A stretch of 64,000 nt of DNA, taken from Octopus sinensis (Eukaryota). The stretch spans positions 23,560,001 to 23,624,000 of the forward strand of contig NC_043015.1 of assembly GCF_006345805.1 (NCBI RefSeq), given 5' to 3'. The notes beneath the pieces are model-generated. The model searched no databases. It was not told where the DNA came from and was given only the letters and a program-made list of their open reading frames with translations. Shown here piece by piece: positions 55,415-64,000 of this stretch (positions are counted from its first letter, which is position 1; each line of letters opens with the position of its first letter). Both the position numbers and the translations under genes were made by a program.

Positions 55415-58400
55415 CAATTAGATAGACGAGCAAAGGCAAAAAATAGACGTCGATTTTCTTGGCATGTCTATTTCTTGACAATATAAAATAGAATGAAGGA
55501 AGAAATGGAAAATATCTTTAACCTGCAAGCACAAAATTACAAAAAGTGAGAGAATGCATATATTCGATAGAAAAATCAATCTAAAATTATTTTTTGAAAC
55601 ATGAAGCGAAGCGTCTAAGAAATTGCGGAACGAATCCAAACTATTTAAAGCAAATTATGTGATACCCTGAAGCTTTTTTCTAACACCAAAACCTTCACTC
55701 CTTAATAACACTGATTAATTATTTAACAAACCACTTACTTGATTATATTGCAATAACACGTATTTTGCAAGATGATGGAAAGCAATTTCATTTTTCTTGA
55801 AGATCGCAAGTTAGCGCTTCAAGAAAAGGATAAATAACAATTTGAGTTAACCACTACTGAATTCTAAAGCAGATGTGTGGCTTAGCGGTTGATTATTAGA
55901 CTTGTGATCTTATGGTCATAGTTCCAATTTGTAAATAAAATGGCAAGTTTTATCCTTGAGCAGTGTACTTTAGAGTAACTCTGCCCCAATGAACACAACT
56001 AAATAAAGTGATAGTTGGATCACCTCACGATCTGTTGCTTTCAAATAAGGAACTTGCTGCTAGTTGAAGTGTTAAGGTGTCGAGAAGATGAATATATTGA
56101 GTCACGGCTGCACAAACAGCTAAAAGAAGCAGCAAAATCTTGGTACATCTCACCAAGGCATACCCTCTCCAGCGCCAAGTAATTGCTACCTTCTGTGCCT
56201 CACAGTTCTAATATTCGTTTTGTTGTCCTTCTTGTAGAAGAAATTTTAAGTATCACATTGTAAGCATTTTATGATTATATGCGGTACACTGGAAATAAAA
56301 ACCCTTTACCCACAAGTCAACAACAGTCTCAGGTCGGTCTCTAGAAATAGTAACAGATTTTTTTTCGTTTCCTATCAGTTATATGCGCTCTCTCACCTCA
56401 CTAGAAATATACTTAATCTTCCCTTGTTCTGCGCCAAGTAGAAGACACATAGTGAATGATTTTGTTGTAGCGGATATAGAATGATTTTGTTTAATATGAT
56501 AAATGTTTTGACTCTAAAACATAACAGATTTTACAAATCAAAGATCACACGTTTTACTTTATTATTATTTTCTAACACAGCGAACATTACTTTTTTTTGT
56601 AAAAAAAATTCTGTTTTCTACTAGTGGCAACATCAACTCGATTGGAAGCAGTATAAACAGAATTTTAATATATGGTAGTAAATCACATTTTATTATAATC
56701 TATGGCAAGACATTAAAGGTTTTATGGCTTAACTTCATTTTCTCGCCATTTTATAGTGTGTTACGTTCAACACTTGTTAACATAACGCCCGCTGTAATTG
56801 TTGTGATTCTCACAGAAGATTATTATAGCATTCAAAGCTAATTTATAAAGAAACAGTGGGCCAGATAAAATGGTGTTAGCCTTGTTGAAATTATAGAATA
56901 TTAATTGTATGAATATAATTATTTTGTAATGTTATGAATAGACAAAGGATGCACAGCGTCAGATAAAATATCATGCCGAGTATATTTCCCAGTCAGATGT
57001 GCTTCAAGTTCAAATCCCATCAAATTAAAGTTGATCGGTTCAGTGACTACAAATGGAGTTCTAACTAAATTTTTGTATTTGTCTCAAAATTGGTTACGGT
57101 GTGCTGTGAGAAGAGACATTTCTCGAAGTTAATTATATAGATACAAAAGAGAGATTAGAATTTTCGGTAGACTAATCTTTCAGATAATGTGTCTGGGAGC
57201 AAACACCACACAGCACTCTTATTTTCAGAAACTGAGAAATGGCTATCAAACTCACCCTGTAGAAAATAATATCTACTACATCCCTTAAGTTTAAAGAATT
57301 TAAGGACTGAATAACTCATTTTATTACGCCACTTGTCATAGTCTAACTAATAACCTGGTGTTAGAACTCAATACACATATGCTTCAGAATAAAGTGTCAA
57401 TTGCATGAAAGGCGTAATTTCAAATTACGTAAATGACACGAAAAAGAGATTCCGTAATCAAATTCCTTCCCTGACAGCCGTTTCTGCTATAGGGTGCAGC
57501 GCTCTCAGTGCTGAGTATTACCTCATAGATTCAACGGGAATACTAAGATAAATATGTATAAATGTGTGTGTGCGTGTGTGCGTGCGTGTGCGAGTTTTAT
57601 GCGTATCTCTGCTTATTTACTTGGTTAAATGGTTTGCAGTTTGTACTCTTTGAGGTAAAACAGGCACCAGGATATTCGATAAATATAAATTGATAAAATA
57701 TTTGTTAAAAGGAAATACATACTAGGATCAAAATGTTTGATTCCAATTCCTCTCTGGTAATATTTTATATATGGTTGCAGTCAAACAACCGAATCGTAAG
57801 CCAGCAATATGCATGCTATACTTTGTATGGATTGCATCGGTAATGAATTTCACTGAAAAGAAAACTGGAATTGCCACGGAATGATCTCATAACTATAAAC
57901 GTCGATTTGCATACGTTATCTTCGTACATCACTTTGTATCTCTGATTTTTAAAGTACAGCAGCATCACTTGCTATGCTGTCACAACGGAACCACCAAGGT
58001 TCTGTAGTTGTGATGATTTAAGTAATCATAAATCATTCTTGGTGACTTAAAGCTTGGACATAAACCAAATACATTTTGGTGCAACACTGGATACTACTAC
58101 AAATCGTAGTTGCGTTATAACAGTCGGATACTGGAGTGAATCTATCTGTCCAGCGGGAAGTAAATAACCATAATCCATTGGAAAACTAAATAAATCATCT
58201 TAATCCGGTGTGTCTGAAAGGATTCATTTTTGTAGATACTGACTTTATTTACGATATACATACAAGCTTAAACTAAAGTGAGCATTGCAAGCATTAGGGG
58301 ACACAAAATAATTTCAAATTCCCAGATTTGCACTATTGCATTTGAGTCGGTTTTTTAGGTTTCATAAAATTTAGAGGGTATTTGAATATACTCATGTGTT

Positions 58401-58682
58401 TGCTGTACTACTTTCCGTTAGAAGGGCAGGACTCTTGCTGTGCTCAGGAGGTTTTGACGATGGCGTGAATTGTCATTTTGTTATCATTTTGAATTTCTTC
58501 CCATTCTCAGTGATAAAATAAGTAACTTTTGTGTTGTAGCTGCTTCGGTCATTTCTGTTGGTCATGCTTCTATGTGCAACAGTAATGTCTTGATTCGTCT
58601 GTTTTTCTGTAGACATAGACATATACACGCGCGCATTCACACATTCACACACACATACACACACACACGTATATATATATGA

Positions 58683-58737
<55 letters not shown>

Positions 58738-58930
58738 TATATATGAATATGTATATATAAACGTATATTAATATGTGTATATATGTATATACATACATAT
58801 ATATATAGATGTATATGTATATGTACACACATTGATATATGTGTATATATGTATATACATACATATATATATAAATGTATATGTATATGTACACACATTG
58901 ATATATGTGTATATATACATATACATATAT

Positions 58931-58979
<49 letters not shown>

Positions 58980-60678
58980 TATATATATACATATACATAT
59001 ACGTGTATGCATATATGTATGTTTGTATGAATGTATGCACAGCTTTTCAGTTTCATGTTCTTTGTATTCCATTTCTAAATTGCATATATAAGCAATATAT
59101 TTGTAATTGTGAAATAAATTTTACGTGAGAACAATTTGCATGTGTTTTATTATTAATTTGCCATATATGCTGATGTTATTGTAATTAATATTATCATTTT
59201 ATGAAATTGTAAGCGAATACCAATTAAATGTAACAACGTATTGTGACGTCATTCCAATGTGTAAAATATATTTAAACATGGTGGTAAATAGCCAGAATCA
59301 TGAAACCTTAGGATGACTGTGCTCTGAGCTCGCGCCCCTTCGTGGGGAAATTAGTCTCTCATTCTTTTGGAATTGGAATCGTTAAAAGTTTTTGCTTTCG
59401 GATTTCAAATCGCGTTATGTTCTACATTGTCGGTGGGACTTATCATCTGCTAGCAGCATCCACTTTGTCGTAAACATTCATACTACGACGCGAGTAGCAC
59501 TCGAGGTACGTTTCTATTACAATCCCACCTTCACAACATTCTCCGAAGCGTTGTACAGCCAGAGGGCAGTTACTCTCCACTGACTAAGATGAAAAGAAAT
59601 GTGTAATATATTTCTTTCCGTAATAAGTTCCATTTAATGATAGAGTCGTCTACAAAAAGAATATTCATTTTCGCAAACATAAGCACTTAGTGATGTACTC
59701 TATATGTTTTTTTTAATGTCAGAACGACTCTCTGTCACCCCAAAATAAATAAATCTGAAATAGCAATTGAATAATCTGAAATAGCGTTAGAATTCAACAA
59801 GCCAAAGTTGTCTTTTTGTTAAATGTCAGAGAAGTAAAACGAAAAGCATTTCATGCCTGGAAATAAATACCTACACACACAGACACACGCACGCACGCAC
59901 GCACATACACACGCATACAAACAGAATACAAGAAGAAAACAATAAAATAATACAAATAAATATTTTTCTGCAAAGAAATGACAATGTCAGTAGTATTCTT
60001 TTTAATTTTTATAGGTTTTACCTTTTTTTTTATTTTTCTAATATTTTTTCTCTCAGGGGAATTGTTTTATTGCTGTGTTCGTTTTGTTTTTGTGCATTTT
60101 TTATTCACTGATTCCAGAACAGCTTTTTAGCAGCTGATTTGGATGCAATTCTAATTTTCCATATTTTGAAAACATAATCCATGTGTATGAATGCGTGTCT
60201 ATCTGTGTGTTTTGTGTATCAGCATAATTGTGTGTTTCTCTGTCCCTGTGTTTGTATGTGTGAATGAGTGTGCACGCGAGCGTTTGCAGTGTACCTCTGT
60301 GTCTGTGTAGATAGATTTTAATTTAGCTGAAAGCAAATTTGCTTACGATGGATCTATCTATCGATTTATCTCACCATCTGGGAATCATCGGAAGAACAAG
60401 AAAGTCTTGTGGAAGCATCGCATGTTTAGAAGTTCAGAAGAATGAGTGGGTTAGTTAACGAGTGGAATTGCAGCAAAATCTGGAGACAGGCATAAATCAT
60501 GGGAAATGTTCGAATTGAGACGAAAATTTTCTTTCGAATATCAAGAGATACCACTCTGATCTATAATAAGGATATATGATAATAATATTAACAACATTCA
60601 AATTATTCGATCACATATTTATGCTTTTGTGTAAATAAAAGCATATAGACATTCTTCTACACAACTGACTTACCTATA

Positions 60679-60751
<73 letters not shown>

Positions 60752-60832
60752 ACTATATATGTATGTATATATACATACATATGCATATGTATATGTGTGT
60801 GTATATATATATCTTTATATATACATACATAT

Positions 60833-60876
<44 letters not shown>

Positions 60877-61353
60877 AATACTTCCATATATATGTAAATG
60901 TGTGAGTGCGTATGTGCATGTAACCCAAACCTGTTGAATGATTGCTGAAGAAATGGACAACTGCACCAATTTTGTTCGGTAAGGAATATTTTGAAGAGGA
61001 AGCGGAATAAAAATTAAGACCTGTCAAAATGGGAAGAACTGTTTGCATAAAGTTTCTAATGATACGCTGTAAAATTATATGTTTTAATGAATTATTAATT
61101 GTATACATGGTATACTTAGCTCAATGTCGAAGTGATGTCATTATTTCATAAATATCTTCTCAAATGAAATCAAAGACAGTGTGCAAACGCAGGGCGTCGT
61201 CCCCATATAGACACCCACCAGAGACATCAAGGTATTTTTCTTGTAGACCATGAAGCAGGAAATAACCTACGAAGCCGGTTACCTGGACTGACCAAGCCAA
61301 CACTATATAACCACAACCCTGTAAGTTGATCACCTGCACTTTCTAGAATCTTA

Positions 61354-61724
61354 TGCCATTGTAGGGGTTCTACCTCTTGTCCCTTAGATAATCGATGCCT
61401 GACAAAAAATACATTGTATAGAAACGCATGGCATCAGCTGACAATTCCATTTATGTATACAGCGGTTTGTACAGCATCACTTTGAAAGCAAGAGTGGGCA
61501 ATCATTATTCTAGCTTCAAATCCAAAGCTAGAACTAACAGCACTGCTTTATCACAGCTGATTCACAACCTTAAAGAAAATTTAATATAATTTGAAATGGT
61601 CCATAATCACCCATTCTATAACAATATATGCGATCTATACGTCGCCGAAGTCTTCTCTATTATGCAATCCACCAATTGTTTAAACGAACGAAATAATCTA
61701 ATAATTTGTTGCCGACACAAATAA
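61354..61724 (+). pseudogene. Penelope-like element GIY-YIG endonuclease C-terminal remnant
   Basis: Manual translation gives CHCRGSTSCPLDNRCLTKN, YVYSGLYSITLKARVGNHYSSFKSKARTNSTALSQLIHNLKEN, LKWSII and ICDLYVAEVFSIMQSTNCLNERNNLIICCRHK. These match the PLE CxCR..CPL..CL / YIG..R..NH..SF / CxLC..E / CRH pattern. Confidence 0.85.
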
Positions 61725-63307
61725 TGCAACATTTTCTCAAAGTACAAATAACAGCGCTTACCCCGTCTCGTGTCATTCCCTAACTATTCCTCTGCCGTTA
61801 TGTTGCAGCTCTTCTATGCATTTATAACTAACAATTTTTTGACTACTTTTATACTTTCTACATTCTTTTATTTTATATTTTCTTATTTTTCATATTTCTT
61901 ATTTTTCATTCTTCCAGGTGTTTATATTTTATATTTTTCCTAACATATAGTTTAAAACTAAGCCATAAACAAACAACAAGCATCCTAGAAGTACTATGAC
62001 CCAGAAACATTACCTTCCACCACCCTCTCCATAACAATTTTTCAATTGACACCACTCCTACACCTTTCTCTTTGACTCTTTTTAAATGTATTTTCAGGTT
62101 GCCAAAATATATCTATTAATTCATTCTATGGGCGACCCGTAAATGACCTCAACCGAAATTCACAAAGACATTCCTCTAGCTGGCTTCAACAATACAAACT
62201 ACCACCTTCTCATCCTTCTCTCCTTTTCCTTCTCATATTCTTATTCGTTTCCTTCACAAGTTTAAACCTTTACCCACTCCCATGTATTACCCTTTCCTTC
62301 TTAATTTCTATGCTTTCCATGCATTTTCGAGCAAATCTTCAGCGAGTCAACATGGGGTCCCTTGACGACAGTGTGAACTTCTTTTCATTGAGGTATCTTT
62401 TGCTCGACGTGTAGCTAGCGGATTATCCCCTGCCTGGATAATTACTACTTCCGATGTTCTGCTAGCTATGAAACATATGCAGTCTGAATTATCTACTTCA
62501 TGCCCTAATATTGGATTTTTGTTTGCACACACAGCAAAGCTAGCTGGTAACCGAAATCTATAAAACAATTTTTCAGTCTATCGATCTTCAATACGAGAAG
62601 AATTTACAACCATCTACGTCATTAAACCACTTGTGTTCCTGGAAGTTGTTTTCTATACCTTCTACGGACTGTTCGAAGCTTACTACCTTCCTACACCTTG
62701 ATCCTTGGATCTTACGTTTGGATGGACATACAGAAGCATACACACACGCGCACGCGCACGCACACACATATTGTTTACGATCTAGTGTTTTGATGAAGAC
62801 TTTGCACAAAAGCCTCGAAAAATATATCTATTTTTCTACACACTGACGTATTTCAAGAGTATTTACATTTTCTTTTTGAAGCGCCATTTTCTTTCTTAAA
62901 GTCACATCTATGTGTATATCGCTAAACGCATTGCCTTTCTAGCCGATATATATTGCTATAACCCTCTGCTCTTATCGATTCTTCTACACATTCCGGGTAC
63001 CAGAGAAATACAGCTTACCCACTTACTCATGTGAAACTATTGCCACCTTCCTACTATACCCAGTATTGTTTTTTTTACCTATTCTTATTAAGTAAATTTA
63101 TTTACTAAATTCAGTTGTTGCATTAGTACTGAGCTGCAAACCTATGTTCCTGTCAGATTGTCACTGCTGGTATTTGTATCTCTATATCATCATTGAGTTT
63201 ATTTGCCTTCCTTGAATATTCAACCATTCCCAGCCTCTTGATTCAAGAGAGAATTGTCCTTGTTCTCCACGAGATGCCTTGCAACAAAGCTTAACACTTT
63301 TCTATTC

Positions 63308-63458
63308 TTACATTATTTACGTTATTTACATTTGACGGATATTTGTCCTCGTCTTGTTTGTTGTCAACACAACGTTTCGGCTGATAAACCCTCTCGCCTT
63401 CATCAAGTGTTGTGGGGAAATATTGAACCTGGGTTCTCATTCCTAAGGTATCATTCGA

Positions 63459-63528
<70 letters not shown>
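63308..63528 (-). mobile_element. Second copy (3' half) of the hammerhead-tailed SINE
   Basis: Reverse complement of 44125-44279. HHR motif at 63366-63411: AACAC-UUGAUGA-A-GGC..GCC-GAAAC-GUU-GUGUU. Confidence 0.8.
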
Positions 63529-63529
<1 letters not shown>

Positions 63530-64000
63530 TATGTTTGACTTTTGCTTTATGTCTGTACAAGCTGGCTCCAAGTCTCACCCAGAGAGCTCAAGAGACAACA
63601 GGTTGGAAGTTCACGTTGTTGTTATGCTTAAAGTGCCATATATTTGGGTTTCTTTTTTGGTGTTGTACTAGTGAATGTCTAATACATAAATTTTAAAAAA
63701 AGTTTGTTTTAAACTTTGGGATTACATAGAGAGAATTTTGCGTAGGATATGAGCAGTTCCCATGAGCACTATCTTTTGAATTTCTGCCATTTTGGGGTTT
63801 CCTGGTATCTGAGTTAGGTAGCAATCAGCCCCTTTCGCTATCATTCTCAGGGCACCTATGGTATTGTTTTAGTCTTCAGGTTCCACATTTTGCTGATTTC
63901 TGTTTCAAGATCTTTATATTTGCTCAGTTTTTGGTAGGTCTTGACAGATACGTTCATATCGATTGGGACAGTCATATCAATGAGGAGGCATGTTCTTTGT
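63529..64000 (-). mobile_element. R4/Dong-type LINE 3' end (runs off the window)
   Basis: TCLLIDMTVPIDMNVSVKTYQKLSKYKDLETEISKMWNLKTK..IQKIVLMGTAHILRKILSM*. The 3' UTR ends at (TAA)n. Confidence 0.9.

Noticed and set aside
62310-62348. Minus-strand CTGAAGA...GAAA as a hammerhead
   Set aside because: There is no stem II or stem I pairing and no UH cleavage site.

Overview
This is AT-rich, repeat-saturated animal DNA. Its repeat complement resembles an octopus/cephalopod genome, which is an inference from repeat families only. I can find no intact host protein-coding gene, and nearly all ORFs in the track are microsatellite read-through (YI, II, LL, HH, NN runs). The window holds (TA)n, (TAA)n, (GATA)n and (GAA)n tracts and at least four tRNA-derived SINE families. 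DNA transposons include a full-length mariner with TIRs, two decayed Tc1/mariner copies, a non-autonomous Helitron and MITEs. Retroelements include R4/Dong-type LINE fragments abutting (TAA)n and a Penelope-like (PLE) GIY-YIG remnant. The most striking signal is a set of small, unrelated non-coding elements, each carrying a type I hammerhead ribozyme (HHR) motif with a palindromic stem III. They show PLE-style partial tandem and/or inverted duplications, and most sit in (TA)n. Examples are a canonical HHR in a 471-bp unit whose end-to-start junction is preserved, a 346-bp retrozyme-like unit, and a 1.55-kb inverted repeat with an HHR motif in each arm. There is also a tRNA-headed SINE whose tail is a hammerhead. 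All structures were read by eye; no database search or folding was run.
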